Shown: piece after piece, positions 1 to 10,255 of the stretch | Position numbering within the stretch: position 1 is the first letter of the stretch | How the letters are laid out: each line of letters opens with the position of its first letter | Source of the DNA: Blastocatellia bacterium AA13 | GTDB taxonomy: Bacteria > Acidobacteriota > Blastocatellia > UBA7656 | Assembly: GCA_003222245.1 (NCBI GenBank) | Contig: QHVH01000031.1 | Span: 24,650 to 88,649, forward strand | Direction: 5' to 3' | Length of the DNA: 64,000 nucleotides | Made by a program: the position numbers and the translations under genes | The notes under the pieces: generated by a model | What the model was told of the DNA's origin: nothing | The model's input: only the letters and a program-made list of their open reading frames with translations | Database searches by the model: none

Positions 1-1
1 G

Positions 2-352
2 GTTGACGACCGGTTCACCGGAAGCGGACGGCATCTATTCGAGTTCTATTTCAATTTCGACCACGGTGTCAAAGTCGCAATAGAGCAAGAGAATCGCGTC
101 ATTCTGCATGGCCCAAATGCATCGCTGGCGATTACTCCAGTATCCGAAGCGGCTTTTGACTTGGAAGAGACCGAACGATGGATATCGCCGTCGTACGGGA
201 CGCGGCTCGCCGCTTCTGGTATAGTATTTCGTCTTACGGCAGACACGCCCTGGTCAAACACGATGCTGTTGATTCCATACAGCTACACCGATAGCGGCAA
301 GTTAATTCGAATACTCAACGCGCGAGGCCTCGACAAAGCCGGCGCTGAATAA
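2..352 (+). CDS. 3' end of a gene that begins upstream of the window; hypothetical protein (C-terminal about 117 aa)
   Basis: The frame of ORF 161..352 is open from base 2 to the TAA at 350-352 with no stop codon (translated by hand). No product could be assigned. Confidence 0.4.
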   Translation, partial: VDDRFTGSGRHLFEFYFNFDHGVKVAIEQENRVILHGPNASLAITPVSEAAFDLEETERWISPSYGTRLAASGIVFRLTADTPWSNTMLLIPYSYTDSGKLIRILNARGLDKAGAE

Positions 353-388
353 TTCTCAAAACGAAGTAGTGCGCGGGGTGCGATGTAG

Positions 389-2428
389 ATGTGCGGGATA
401 TGCGGTGTATTTGAATATAGCGCGAACCAGCCGCAAATAAGCGAGCCGCTTGTTGCTTCGATGCGCGACGTAATGACCCACCGCGGACCCGATGACTCAG
501 GACTCTACATCAACCCGAATCGCCGCGTCGGGCTTGGCCACAGGCGGCTCTCAATCGTCGATCTCTCTCCCGCGGGCCGAAACCCGATGTCAAATGAAGA
601 TGGTTCGGTCTGGATAACCTTCAACGGCGAGATCTATAACCATCAGAAGATCAGGCCCTGGCTTGTGGAACGCGGTCATGTCTATCGATCCCGGACCGAC
701 ACCGAATCGATCATCCACCTTTATGAAGAGAAAGGCCTCGATTTTGTTCAAGACATCGAAGGCGACTTTGCGATCGGTCTCTGGGATGAGAAGCTCGGGC
801 GGCTCGTTCTTGCGCGCGACCGAATCGGAGTAAAGCCGCTCTATTACGCGCTATGCGGCGGCCGGCTGATCTTTGGGTCGGAGATCAAAGCCATTCTCGC
901 GCACCCGGCGATGAGCCGCGAAATGGACGAGCAGGCTCTCTATCATTACCTCACCTTCTTGACTACTCCGGCTCCTCAAACTCTTTTCGCGAACATCAAG
1001 AAACTTCCCGCTGGCTGCATGCTGACTTGCGACCTGCGCGGCGACCTGAAGGTGACCAGATACTGGGACGCCGTCACGCAGCCGCGTGAAATGTCAGGAG
1101 ACCGCCAACGTGACGAGCGCGAATGCGCCGACGAGCTCCTTCGCCTGCTTACGGAATCCATAGACAAGCGAATGATGAGCGATGTGCCGTTCGGCGTGTT
1201 TCTCTCCGGCGGAGTCGACTCGAGCGCCAATGTCGCATTGATGGCGCGGCTGATGACCCAGCCGGTTAGAACATTCACGGTCGGATTCCGAGACCACGCT
1301 TCTTACAACGAGCTTGAAGAAGCGAGGTTCGTCGCGCGCGAGTATAGAACCGATCATCACGAAGTCATCATCGACCAGGATGATCTCATCAACTTTCTCC
1401 CTGACCTTGTGTTTCATCAGGACGAGCCGATAGCCGATCCGGTATGCGTGCCGCTTTACTATGTGTCCAGGCTCGCGAAAGAATCGGGCACGACGGTCGT
1501 TCAGGTAGGCGAAGGCTCGGACGAGCTCTTCTGCGGATATCGCCATTACGCGAACTACCTGGACCTCCACCGTTACCTCTGGCGGTTTTTGTCGAGCCTT
1601 CCTTCGGCCGCACGCCGAACGGTCGCCGCGGCAGGCGGGCTCGCGATCAGCGCGCTGACTTCTGGACGCCCTTCAAAACTCGGGAGGTTCGGTCCGGATC
1701 TTATGCGAAGGCTCGGTGCGGGTGAAGAGCTATTCCTCACCGGCGCTCTGGTCTTTTCGGAAACGGACAAGCGAAGTCTGCTGTCGGGTTCCGCGCGACA
1801 GAGAATCGCCGAGATGGCAGGACTCGACTCAAACGAGCTGTCTTCGCATTCGGTAGTAATGGAGGACCTGGATCGCTTGCTTGCCGCGAAGCCCAAGGCG
1901 GACGAGCTTGAGCGCATGATTTACAAAGAGCTAAAGCTGCGGCTGCCCGAGCTGCTCCTAATGCGAGTCGACAAGATCACGATGGCAACGTCGGTAGAAG
2001 CACGGGTGCCGTTTCTCGATCACGCGCTTGTCGAGTTCGCGATGTCGCTTCCTTCCTGGATGAAGTATCAAAACGGCGAGACGAAACATATCCTCAAACG
2101 AGCGCTCCGCAATGTAGTACCCGACCGCGTGCTCAATCGTAGAAAACAGGGTTTCGCCGCGCCGATCAACGAGTGGATGCTCGATCGTCTCGGCGCTTTC
2201 GTCGAACACACTGTTTTGAACTCTCCGCTGCGCAGGCGCGACCTGTTCGACTATGACTACATTGCCGGCCTTGTGAACGAGCATCGCTCGGGCCGAGCGA
2301 ATCACTCATTCCTGTTGTGGAGCTTGCTCAATCTGAGCCTGTGGTACGAGCATTGGATCGATCCCCGAGTTCCCTCCCCTGCCGGTCGCCGGGAATGCTC
2401 GCCGCAATTGGCATTCACCTCGAAGTAA
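389..2428 (+). CDS. asnB: asparagine synthetase (glutamine-hydrolysing), AsnB family amidotransferase
   Basis: The N-terminus MCGICGV carries the Cys2 nucleophile of class-II glutamine amidotransferases. An SGGVDSS PP-loop ATP pyrophosphatase motif is present. The length (679 aa) fits AsnB, and the gene lies in a polysaccharide locus, as exosortase-associated AsnB paralogs do. Confidence 0.9.
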   Translation: MCGICGVFEYSANQPQISEPLVASMRDVMTHRGPDDSGLYINPNRRVGLGHRRLSIVDLSPAGRNPMSNEDGSVWITFNGEIYNHQKIRPWLVERGHVYRSRTDTESIIHLYEEKGLDFVQDIEGDFAIGLWDEKLGRLVLARDRIGVKPLYYALCGGRLIFGSEIKAILAHPAMSREMDEQALYHYLTFLTTPAPQTLFANIKKLPAGCMLTCDLRGDLKVTRYWDAVTQPREMSGDRQRDERECADELLRLLTESIDKRMMSDVPFGVFLSGGVDSSANVALMARLMTQPVRTFTVGFRDHASYNELEEARFVAREYRTDHHEVIIDQDDLINFLPDLVFHQDEPIADPVCVPLYYVSRLAKESGTTVVQVGEGSDELFCGYRHYANYLDLHRYLWRFLSSLPSAARRTVAAAGGLAISALTSGRPSKLGRFGPDLMRRLGAGEELFLTGALVFSETDKRSLLSGSARQRIAEMAGLDSNELSSHSVVMEDLDRLLAAKPKADELERMIYKELKLRLPELLLMRVDKITMATSVEARVPFLDHALVEFAMSLPSWMKYQNGETKHILKRALRNVVPDRVLNRRKQGFAAPINEWMLDRLGAFVEHTVLNSPLRRRDLFDYDYIAGLVNEHRSGRANHSFLLWSLLNLSLWYEHWIDPRVPSPAGRRECSPQLAFTSK

Positions 2429-2443
2429 ACGGGGCCGTTTATT

Positions 2444-3778
2444 TTGAAACCGGACACTCGACGCGCTGCATCCATCTCCCCGGCCGTTTCAACCGACTTC
2501 GGGCGCGCGTTATTGCGCGAAACCCCTAAACAGGCAGGCATACTTTTTTCCGCCCAGATGCTGTCGCTGGTCATAGGCGTGCTCGCTAACCTGATTCTGG
2601 GAAACGCCATGATCCAGACGGAACTCGGGCGGTTTGTCTTTTGTCAATCAGTGGTGTTGATGGCGGGACTCTTCTTTGAGGTTGGTATCTTTTCGGCTGG
2701 AGCCAGGGTTCTCGCTCTTGTCAAAGAGCCGGAGGAGCAGAAGCGCGCCGTTGGAGCCCTGGTAGCGGCGGCGCTCGTGATTGGAATTCTCTTCGCTGTG
2801 TTCATAGCCGCTGCCTCTTATCCACTCGATCTGATCTTCCATAGAAACGATCGAGCGCTGTTGATGGGAGCGGCGGCCCTTGCTTTTTTTCAGCCGTTTC
2901 AACTGATGATCGAGCAGAGTTGTACCGGCCTCAATCAAATTCAAAGGCTGTCCGCGTTTCAGCTCCTCGCAGCCGCCGCCAATCTGTTGATCCTTGCGGT
3001 GCTGGCGCTGACGGATCGGCTTACAGCCAGCGCCGCGCTGCTCAGTTATCTTGGAGGCCTCGGTATCGCCTCACTGTGGATACTTTCGCGGCTGCGTCCG
3101 CGCTTTCGCGGGCTCGGTCCGTTCGTGCGGCTCACGATGGCTGAGACGAAGAGTTATGGATTCAACATCTATCTCGCCAGACTCACCGGAGCGGCCTCAT
3201 CGCGACTCGATAATCTCATCATCGGCTACTTTCTCGGACGAGCATCGCTGAGCGACGCGCTGCTGGCTTTGTACTCAATACCTCAGCGCCTGGCCGCTCC
3301 CATCGCAACGTTGTCGCGCGCGGTTGGAGTCACCAGATTTCGGGCTTTCGCGGGCTTGCCTCGGATTCCCGCGCGAATACTAAAATGGAACGCGGGATTA
3401 TTGCTCATCGGATCTATCGGCATGGCTTCCGCTGGGCCCGTCGTGCTCTATTACCTGTTTCCAAAGTATCGAGAGGCCGCACCGCTTCTAATCCCATTCA
3501 GCGTTCTGAACTTCTTCGCCGGACTCTTTCAGCCCTACAACAGCTTTCTTGCATCGCATGGCCAGGGAGCGGCGTTGAGGAACGTCGCGGTAGCCGTGAC
3601 CATTACGAGTGTGGTTGGATTGGCAATTACGGTCCCGCGCTTTGGAATAACCGGAGCCGCGTGGACCGGCGCGGTTGCGATGGCTCTAGACTACCTTCTT
3701 CATCTTCACTACTATCGGAAATTCGAAAAGAAAGCGGAACTCGATCTTCATCGCGCCGAACATGCAATCGATGGCTGA
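2444..3778 (+). CDS. polysaccharide biosynthesis protein / oligosaccharide flippase (Wzx-like, MOP superfamily)
   Basis: A 444-aa polytopic membrane protein with 10-12 predicted hydrophobic helices. It sits between asnB and a methyltransferase/glycosyltransferase block, which is the usual position for a Wzx flippase. The true start could be an internal Met. Confidence 0.7.
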   Translation: MKPDTRRAASISPAVSTDFGRALLRETPKQAGILFSAQMLSLVIGVLANLILGNAMIQTELGRFVFCQSVVLMAGLFFEVGIFSAGARVLALVKEPEEQKRAVGALVAAALVIGILFAVFIAAASYPLDLIFHRNDRALLMGAAALAFFQPFQLMIEQSCTGLNQIQRLSAFQLLAAAANLLILAVLALTDRLTASAALLSYLGGLGIASLWILSRLRPRFRGLGPFVRLTMAETKSYGFNIYLARLTGAASSRLDNLIIGYFLGRASLSDALLALYSIPQRLAAPIATLSRAVGVTRFRAFAGLPRIPARILKWNAGLLLIGSIGMASAGPVVLYYLFPKYREAAPLLIPFSVLNFFAGLFQPYNSFLASHGQGAALRNVAVAVTITSVVGLAITVPRFGITGAAWTGAVAMALDYLLHLHYYRKFEKKAELDLHRAEHAIDG

Positions 3779-4613
3779 AAGCACTACATCATCAATAGCT
3801 CCGCCGGATTTGAGAAACGAGTTCAAGCAGAGGGCTCGCGATCAGTGGAGCGCCAATCCATGCGGCGCGAACGCCGCTGATGGATTTGAATACGGCTCAC
3901 GTGATTACTTTGAGGCGATCGAGAAGTATCGCTACGAAGTGTACGCGCCGTGGATGAAACGCGTGATTGGCTTCGACGAATTCGCGGGCAAGAGCCTGCT
4001 GGAGATCGGCTGTGGAACCGGAACGGATTTGTTGCAGTTCGCTCGAGGCGGCGCGAGCGTGACCGGGCTTGATCTCACGCCTCGCAGCATTGAAATCGCG
4101 CGGCGGCGATTCGAGGTGTATGGCCTGCAGGGCAGTTTTGGAATAGGCGACGCGGAAAATCTGGCATTTCCCGACGCGTCCTTCGACGCTGTGTACTCGT
4201 TCGGAGTTCTTCACCACACTCCGCGAACCGCCCGAGCCGTTGAAGAGGTATATCGAGTTCTCCGCCCCGGCGGCCGCGCAATCGTGATGCTTTACCACAA
4301 AAGCTCGCTGCACTATTGGGCGGGACTCGTTTTCAAACACGGGCTGCTTCACCGCGAGCTGTTTCACTCGAGCATTGCCGATATCATGAGCCGCCGCGTT
4401 GAACACGGCTCCGATCACGCGCGGCCGTTGGTCAAAGCCTATACACGCGCCGAGGCTCGCGGAATGTTCAGCGCATTCAGTGGGTGCGAAATAATAGTCG
4501 ATCAGTTGACCCGGCGGGAGCTGCGGCCGTTTGGCGGATTGTTGCCCGATAATCTGTTTCGACGGCTCGCCCGCGCATTCGGCTGGAATCTTATTATTAA
4601 GGCTACGAAGTGA
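3762..4613 (+). CDS. class I SAM-dependent methyltransferase
   Basis: Motif I reads LEIGCGTGTDLL, followed by the post-I acidic residue LDLT and by FDAVYS (motif II). These are typical of the Methyltransf_11/25 fold. Confidence 0.8.
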   Translation: MQSMAESTTSSIAPPDLRNEFKQRARDQWSANPCGANAADGFEYGSRDYFEAIEKYRYEVYAPWMKRVIGFDEFAGKSLLEIGCGTGTDLLQFARGGASVTGLDLTPRSIEIARRRFEVYGLQGSFGIGDAENLAFPDASFDAVYSFGVLHHTPRTARAVEEVYRVLRPGGRAIVMLYHKSSLHYWAGLVFKHGLLHRELFHSSIADIMSRRVEHGSDHARPLVKAYTRAEARGMFSAFSGCEIIVDQLTRRELRPFGGLLPDNLFRRLARAFGWNLIIKATK

Positions 4614-4632
4614 TCCCTGCCCGTTCGCCTCA

Positions 4633-6417
4633 ATGACTCGCCTCGATCCTATTCATAACGACACGCGAACCGGTTCTGCCGTTCGCGCGAACAAGTCGAA
4701 TTCGGATGACAAGAATTCTCCGAAGCAGGTCGTAGCCCTCCTCGACCTGTCCGGAAACAAAGAGCGCGCAGCGGCGTGGGCCGAGTCGGAATTCAATCCG
4801 CGGGCGATTCAATACATCAACAAGGCCGATCTCAAGGGCGGAGCCGCTCGCGAGATGCTGGCCTGTGTGAGAGCGCTGAACCCTCACACATTTGTGGTGT
4901 TCACTTCCGATCTCGACATGCAGAGCGCTCGCGGATCGTTGATGCTCCTGGCACTCTTGTCAGGCGCTCGCGAGATCGTTTTGGCGGACAGCTCCGGGCG
5001 CGTGGTTCGCAGATCGCGGATCGGCGCGGCCCTGGTTGAAGCGCCTCGCCTCGCGATTGAGATGCTGTGCGGATATGCACTGGTCCTTCCATTTTCGTGG
5101 CTGCTGGCAGCCGTGCTCGGGCTAGCCATGAGATTTCGCGAAATTATTCGAACAGACCACGCAATTCAAAGAAGGACCGTCGATCAATCAGGCTCATGCA
5201 ACATCCTCTACATTCGTGCGACTCTTTCAGTCTTGCAAGAAGGCGGCATGTCGACACACGTCGAGGGCTTTCAGGGCGGTATGCTCGCGCTGGGCCATAC
5301 GTTGACACACGTGGAAGTAGGACGCCCAAACGGAACGCCCGAAGTTTCCGGCGCGGCGGTCGGCAACATCTCGGATAGAGTGCGCATTGCTCCCTCGGCA
5401 TTGGTCGGGGCAACCAAGGCACTGTTCGAGCTTTGGAATAATCTGGTGTTCAGCGTTGCAGCGTTTCGATTATTTGACTCGCCGCGCGACTTCGATTTCA
5501 TATATCAGCGCTACAGCAGGTTCAACTTGACCGGCGTATTGCTGAGTCTAACGACGGGGCTTCCGCTTGCGCTCGAATTCAACGGCTCCGAAGTTTGGGT
5601 GAGCAAGCACTGGGATTCAATTGGGCAGATGCCGCTGTTACGGCAATTCGAAAGGCTGAATTTGAAAGCCGCTGACGCCGTCTTTGTTGTATCAGAGGCC
5701 ATGAAGAACTCTTTGACGGCGGAAGGCGTCGACGACGCTCGAATCATCGTCAATCCGAACGGTGTCAACACGGAGATATTCCGGCCTGATTGCGGAGGGC
5801 GGATGATTCGTGAAGAGCTCGCAATCGATGATCAGGTGGTAGCCGGTTTCGTCGGAACTTTCGGACCCTGGCATGGCGCTCCGGTATTCGCCGAGGCAGC
5901 GCGACTCGTAGCCCGGCAAGCGCGCTGCCATTTTCTTTTCGTCGGTGATGGAGACGAGCGCCCTGCTGCCGAACGAATATTGTCACAGCTCCGAATCGGC
6001 GCGTTTACTTTCACCGGGCGCATTCCACATGACAGGGTTCCGTCATATCTTGACGCGTGTGACATTCTGGTCTCGCCGCATGTGCCGTTGGCCGATGGAA
6101 GCGAGTTCTTCGGATCGCCGACAAAGTTATTCGAATATATGGCTATGGCTCGCGCTATCGTCGCCAGCCGTCTAGGCCAGATCGCCGACATTATCGAAGA
6201 CGGCAAGAGCGGTTTACTTGTAGAGCCGGGAGACGTCGCCGCGCTGGCGGGCGCAATCGAGCGACTCTCGAATGACAAGGAGTTTCGAATGGCTCTAGGA
6301 GCCAATGCCAGAGACGTAGTCGAGACCCAATACACGTGGAAAGCGAACGCGTCGCGCGTGGTTGAAACGATGCAGGTTATTGTTCCTGAAGGGGAACGAG
6401 TCAATAGCCGGGGGTGA
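4633..6417 (+). CDS. glycosyltransferase family 4 (GT-B fold) with an N-terminal extension
   Basis: The C-terminal half has GT1/GT4 features: GFVGTFGPWHG, an E-x7-E-like region and FLFVGDGDERP. I placed the start at ATG 4633 (MTRLDP) to avoid overlap with the upstream methyltransferase. The ORF track gives 4531. Confidence 0.7.
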   Translation: MTRLDPIHNDTRTGSAVRANKSNSDDKNSPKQVVALLDLSGNKERAAAWAESEFNPRAIQYINKADLKGGAAREMLACVRALNPHTFVVFTSDLDMQSARGSLMLLALLSGAREIVLADSSGRVVRRSRIGAALVEAPRLAIEMLCGYALVLPFSWLLAAVLGLAMRFREIIRTDHAIQRRTVDQSGSCNILYIRATLSVLQEGGMSTHVEGFQGGMLALGHTLTHVEVGRPNGTPEVSGAAVGNISDRVRIAPSALVGATKALFELWNNLVFSVAAFRLFDSPRDFDFIYQRYSRFNLTGVLLSLTTGLPLALEFNGSEVWVSKHWDSIGQMPLLRQFERLNLKAADAVFVVSEAMKNSLTAEGVDDARIIVNPNGVNTEIFRPDCGGRMIREELAIDDQVVAGFVGTFGPWHGAPVFAEAARLVARQARCHFLFVGDGDERPAAERILSQLRIGAFTFTGRIPHDRVPSYLDACDILVSPHVPLADGSEFFGSPTKLFEYMAMARAIVASRLGQIADIIEDGKSGLLVEPGDVAALAGAIERLSNDKEFRMALGANARDVVETQYTWKANASRVVETMQVIVPEGERVNSRG

Positions 6418-6502
6418 AGCGCAGCGCAGCCCCCGGTATGGTCGAAACTTCCCAATTCGGTGTTCCCTGAACGTAGCGCCAAAGGGCGCGAGCTATGACC
6501 CT

Positions 6503-7711
6503 ATGTTGAAAGGCGAATCGATAATCTGTTTTGCCGGTGAAGACTGGTGGTATCACCATCAGCATTCCAAGAACCACATCATGCGCAGGCTTGCGCGAGC
6601 CGGCAACAGAGTCATCTTCGTCAATTCAATTTCGATGGGGCTGCCGTCGTTGGGCAGCAGCGACCTCTGGGCCAAGCTCAAACGAAAACTGAAGAGCTAC
6701 GCCAAATTCGTCAGGAAGACAGAGGACGGCGTGATCGTAGTCTCGCCATTGACGATTCCCTTTTACTCCAATGCACTCGCGAGAGCGATAAATCGGATGT
6801 TGCTCACGGTCCAACTCAAATTGCTGATGATCGCGTTTGGACTCGACAGGCCGATACTATGGATCGCAATTCCGACCGCGTTTCAAGTAGTTGGAAAGCT
6901 TGGAGAGCGGGCGCTGATCTATCACATCTCCGACAAGTACGACCTGAACCAGATGGATCACGCGACCTCAGCAACCGTGATATCGGAGATGCATCAGGCG
7001 CTCCTGGCCCAAGCCGATCTCATCTATTTCTCCGGAAGAAAGCTTTTCAACGAAGAGACCTCCACAAGCAGCGAGATCGCTCTTAAGTCCAGGCTGCTGG
7101 AACACGGCGTAGACTTCGATCATTTCGCGCGGGCCACGTCTCGCGAGTGGGAGGAGCCCGCCGAACTCGGTAATGTTCCGCATCCGCGCCTCGGCTACTT
7201 CGGAGCTGTTGAATCCTGGCTGATCGATCAATCCCTTATTCGATATGTGAGCGAACGGCGGCCGCAATGGCAATGGGTCTTTGTGGGTCTGAGGGCCGCG
7301 CCGCTCGAGATCGAACGGCTGCCCAATGTTTACTATCTCGGATCGAAACCTTACTCGGATATGCCGCGATACGCTTCGCAATTCGACGTGTGTGTATTGC
7401 CCTGGACGGCTGACAATAAGTGGGTTCAGTACGGGAGCGCGATCAAGGTCCGCGAGTACCTGGCAACGGGAAAGCCGGTTGTAATCACCCCTCTTTACGA
7501 GTACGAGCATCTCGATGGTATACTGCGCATCTCTCGCGGCTACGATGACTTCATCGCCAAGGTGGAAGACGCGCTCGAACGGGACACGAAAGCAGCTCGA
7601 ACAGCCCGACAGGAGACGGTGCGTGAGTTGACCTGGGACTCGCGCGCTTCGATGGTATCGGAGGACATTGAGGAGCTATTGAAGAAGTCATCGGCGCACA
7701 CCAAGGATTGA
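6503..7711 (+). CDS. glycosyltransferase-like protein (GT1/GT4-like, possibly exosortase-associated sugar transferase)
   Basis: ATG verified at 6503 (MLKGESIICFAGEDWWYHHQH). The C-terminal part resembles the GT-B fold (YYLGSKPYSDMPRYASQFDVCVLPW). Its stop overlaps the next gene's start at 7708-7711. Confidence 0.55.
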   Translation: MLKGESIICFAGEDWWYHHQHSKNHIMRRLARAGNRVIFVNSISMGLPSLGSSDLWAKLKRKLKSYAKFVRKTEDGVIVVSPLTIPFYSNALARAINRMLLTVQLKLLMIAFGLDRPILWIAIPTAFQVVGKLGERALIYHISDKYDLNQMDHATSATVISEMHQALLAQADLIYFSGRKLFNEETSTSSEIALKSRLLEHGVDFDHFARATSREWEEPAELGNVPHPRLGYFGAVESWLIDQSLIRYVSERRPQWQWVFVGLRAAPLEIERLPNVYYLGSKPYSDMPRYASQFDVCVLPWTADNKWVQYGSAIKVREYLATGKPVVITPLYEYEHLDGILRISRGYDDFIAKVEDALERDTKAARTARQETVRELTWDSRASMVSEDIEELLKKSSAHTKD

Positions 7712-10104
7712 AAATGAATCGAAAACTCGCCTTCTTCGGGATCTCTCTCGTCAGCCTATCGGTGCTGGTGCTGGAACTCGGCCTCACGCGTCTTTTTTCG
7801 GCTACGATGTACTATCACTTCGCCTTCATGGCCATCTCGCTTGCGCTATTCGGGTCGGGAGCCAGCGGAGTGTTTGTTTATATATTTCAGAAGAAGCTGT
7901 CCGCGGTTAGCACGCCCGCGGCCCTTGCTACGGCCTCGAGTTTCTTCGGTGTGTCGACGGTCGTAGCGTTGATCGTAATTCTCTCCAACCCGCTCACGTT
8001 CGAGCCCGGAATGGCGAATCAGTATCGTCTGATCGCTATTTATATCGCCTGCGGTCTGCCGTTCTTTTTCGCAGGCGCCGCGGTCACCGTAGCCATCAGC
8101 AGATTCGCCCGGGAAATCAGCAGGCTTTATCTATTCGATCTCGCGGGAGCGGCCGCGGGCTGCCTGTTGCTCATCCCCATCCTGAATTGGATTGGAGCCA
8201 TCAACACAGTTTTGCTTGTGGCCGCTCTGGCATCAGGCGCCGCGGTGCTCTTTTCGTTCGACCCTGCCGTCAGGCTCTTTCAGAGAGTCGCGTGCGGAGT
8301 TGTCGCCGCGGGTTTATTAGGCCTGCTTGGATTTAACCTGATCACCGGGCGCATCGAAATACGAATGGCGAAAGGATTCGCCGAACGGAACGTGGTCTTT
8401 TCAAAATGGAACTCGTTCTCGCGAATTACCGTGGAAGGAGACGAGCGCACCGGCTATGAAATCAAGATCGACTCGGATGCGGCTACGAGGATCGTTCCAA
8501 GATCAAACAACATCAGGGCTCATTCTTATCAGTTTGGCAGGATCGAAGCGCTGGCCTATCACGTCAGACCGGCCTCGACCGCATTGATCATCGGGCCGGG
8601 AGGCGGGATGGATGTGATGGGCGCTCGGGTCTTTCACGTCAATTCGATTACCGCCGTCGAAGTGAACCCGATAATCGCGCGCGACGTTATGTCGAGCGAG
8701 CGTTTTCTCAACTTCTCCGAAGGTCTTTATCACCAGCCTGACGTGCGGGTGGTAGTCGATGAAGGAAGAAGCTTCATCCGAAGCTCCGCGAAGAAATACG
8801 ATCTGATCCAGGCGACGATGGTCGATACGTGGGCAGCCACGGCGGCCGGAGCTTTCGCATTAACCGAGAACAACCTCTACACCGTCGAGGCGTTCGACGA
8901 TTATGTCAATCACCTCACTGACGACGGCGTCCTGACAATGACGCGATGGTATTTCGAGCCTCCGGACCAGCTTCTGAGGCTCGTTTCGCTCACGCGGGCG
9001 ATGATGAAGGATCTCGGCATAAGCAATCCCGAACGGCACATAATGCTGATCCGCGATCCTCGCAGCAAAGACGAGCGGACTCCGGCTACTTTCATCTTCA
9101 AGAAGAGCGAGCTGAGCGACGACGAAGTGAAAGCCATTGAGAAGGTCGCCGAGGCGATCGGATTCGAGCTGCTCTACACCCCGCTGACCAGGCCCGATAA
9201 TCTGTTTACGACGATGATTACCGCCTCTAACGCCGCGGACGTCTGGGGGCCGTTCGAGACCAACATCGAACCGGTTCGCGATAACAACCCATTCTTCTTT
9301 AATTCGCTTCGGCTTTCGAATCTCGGCCGCGCGCTTGGCGGCACGGGCGAATGGCAGAAGACAAATCTAGGAACTCTCGTCTTGTTTTCGCTATTCGGAG
9401 TGACTTCCGTCCTCGTGATTGTCTTTATCCTGGGGCCGCTCGTGTTCAGGAGAAGAGCTCTGGCGACTCGCACCAAGACCAAGCTCGGATATCTGCTCTA
9501 CTTCGCATGCCTGGGCGCTGGATTCATCATCGTCGAGATGGCAATGGTGCAGAAGTTCATATTGTTTCTTGGTCACCCGGTGTACGCTCTGGCGGTAGTC
9601 CTCTTCTCTATTCTCACTTTCAGCGCGATTGGGAGTCAGTTAACGGGCCGGTTCAACGAACGGGAACTTGGCGGAACGCTGACCAAGGTGCTGCTGCTGC
9701 TGGTTGCACTCGTAATCGTATACATCCTCGTGTTGCCGCCGATTTTCTACGGACTGGTCCATCTGGCCCTCTGGCTCAGAATCGTCATAGCGGTTTTTCT
9801 GATCGCTCCGCTTGCAGTGCTAATGGGCATGCCTATGCCGACAGGAATCAAAATTCTCTCGGAGCATGCGGCCGAGATAATACCGTGGGCCTGGGGAGTA
9901 AATGGAGCGGCGTCGGTGATGGGCACGGTCGCGGCGCTCGTGATCGCGATCTTGAGCGGGTTCAATCAAGCGCTTGCGGCAGGCTCGGCGCTCTATCTGA
10001 TTGCGATGGTTTGCGTGCGGGCATCGGTCAAAGGCGTCGCCGTAGTCGAGGAATTGAGCGAAGACCGGCAAGCCGAACCAAACGAGGCAATCGCTGCGAC
10101 CTGA
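7708..10104 (+). CDS. polytopic membrane protein with a central spermidine-synthase-like (PABS) methyltransferase-fold domain
   Basis: The 798-aa protein has 7 or more N-terminal and 4 or more C-terminal hydrophobic helices. The central soluble domain shows LIIGPGGGMDV (Gly-rich nucleotide loop), VEVNPII and YDLIQATMVDTW, as in spermidine/spermine synthase-like proteins. Confidence 0.7.
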   Translation: MKMNRKLAFFGISLVSLSVLVLELGLTRLFSATMYYHFAFMAISLALFGSGASGVFVYIFQKKLSAVSTPAALATASSFFGVSTVVALIVILSNPLTFEPGMANQYRLIAIYIACGLPFFFAGAAVTVAISRFAREISRLYLFDLAGAAAGCLLLIPILNWIGAINTVLLVAALASGAAVLFSFDPAVRLFQRVACGVVAAGLLGLLGFNLITGRIEIRMAKGFAERNVVFSKWNSFSRITVEGDERTGYEIKIDSDAATRIVPRSNNIRAHSYQFGRIEALAYHVRPASTALIIGPGGGMDVMGARVFHVNSITAVEVNPIIARDVMSSERFLNFSEGLYHQPDVRVVVDEGRSFIRSSAKKYDLIQATMVDTWAATAAGAFALTENNLYTVEAFDDYVNHLTDDGVLTMTRWYFEPPDQLLRLVSLTRAMMKDLGISNPERHIMLIRDPRSKDERTPATFIFKKSELSDDEVKAIEKVAEAIGFELLYTPLTRPDNLFTTMITASNAADVWGPFETNIEPVRDNNPFFFNSLRLSNLGRALGGTGEWQKTNLGTLVLFSLFGVTSVLVIVFILGPLVFRRRALATRTKTKLGYLLYFACLGAGFIIVEMAMVQKFILFLGHPVYALAVVLFSILTFSAIGSQLTGRFNERELGGTLTKVLLLLVALVIVYILVLPPIFYGLVHLALWLRIVIAVFLIAPLAVLMGMPMPTGIKILSEHAAEIIPWAWGVNGAASVMGTVAALVIAILSGFNQALAAGSALYLIAMVCVRASVKGVAVVEELSEDRQAEPNEAIAAT

Positions 10105-10255
10105 ATCGTTCCGCGCATCGCGATCGCTGCACAACGCAGCGGAGAATTCATCGCGAGCGGGACGGAATAGAAGAGCCGAGCAGACATCGACATTTGCTCC
10201 CGGAAGTTGTTCAATCTTCATGCAAGGCTCTCGAATTACTAACGGAGGGTTAAGG

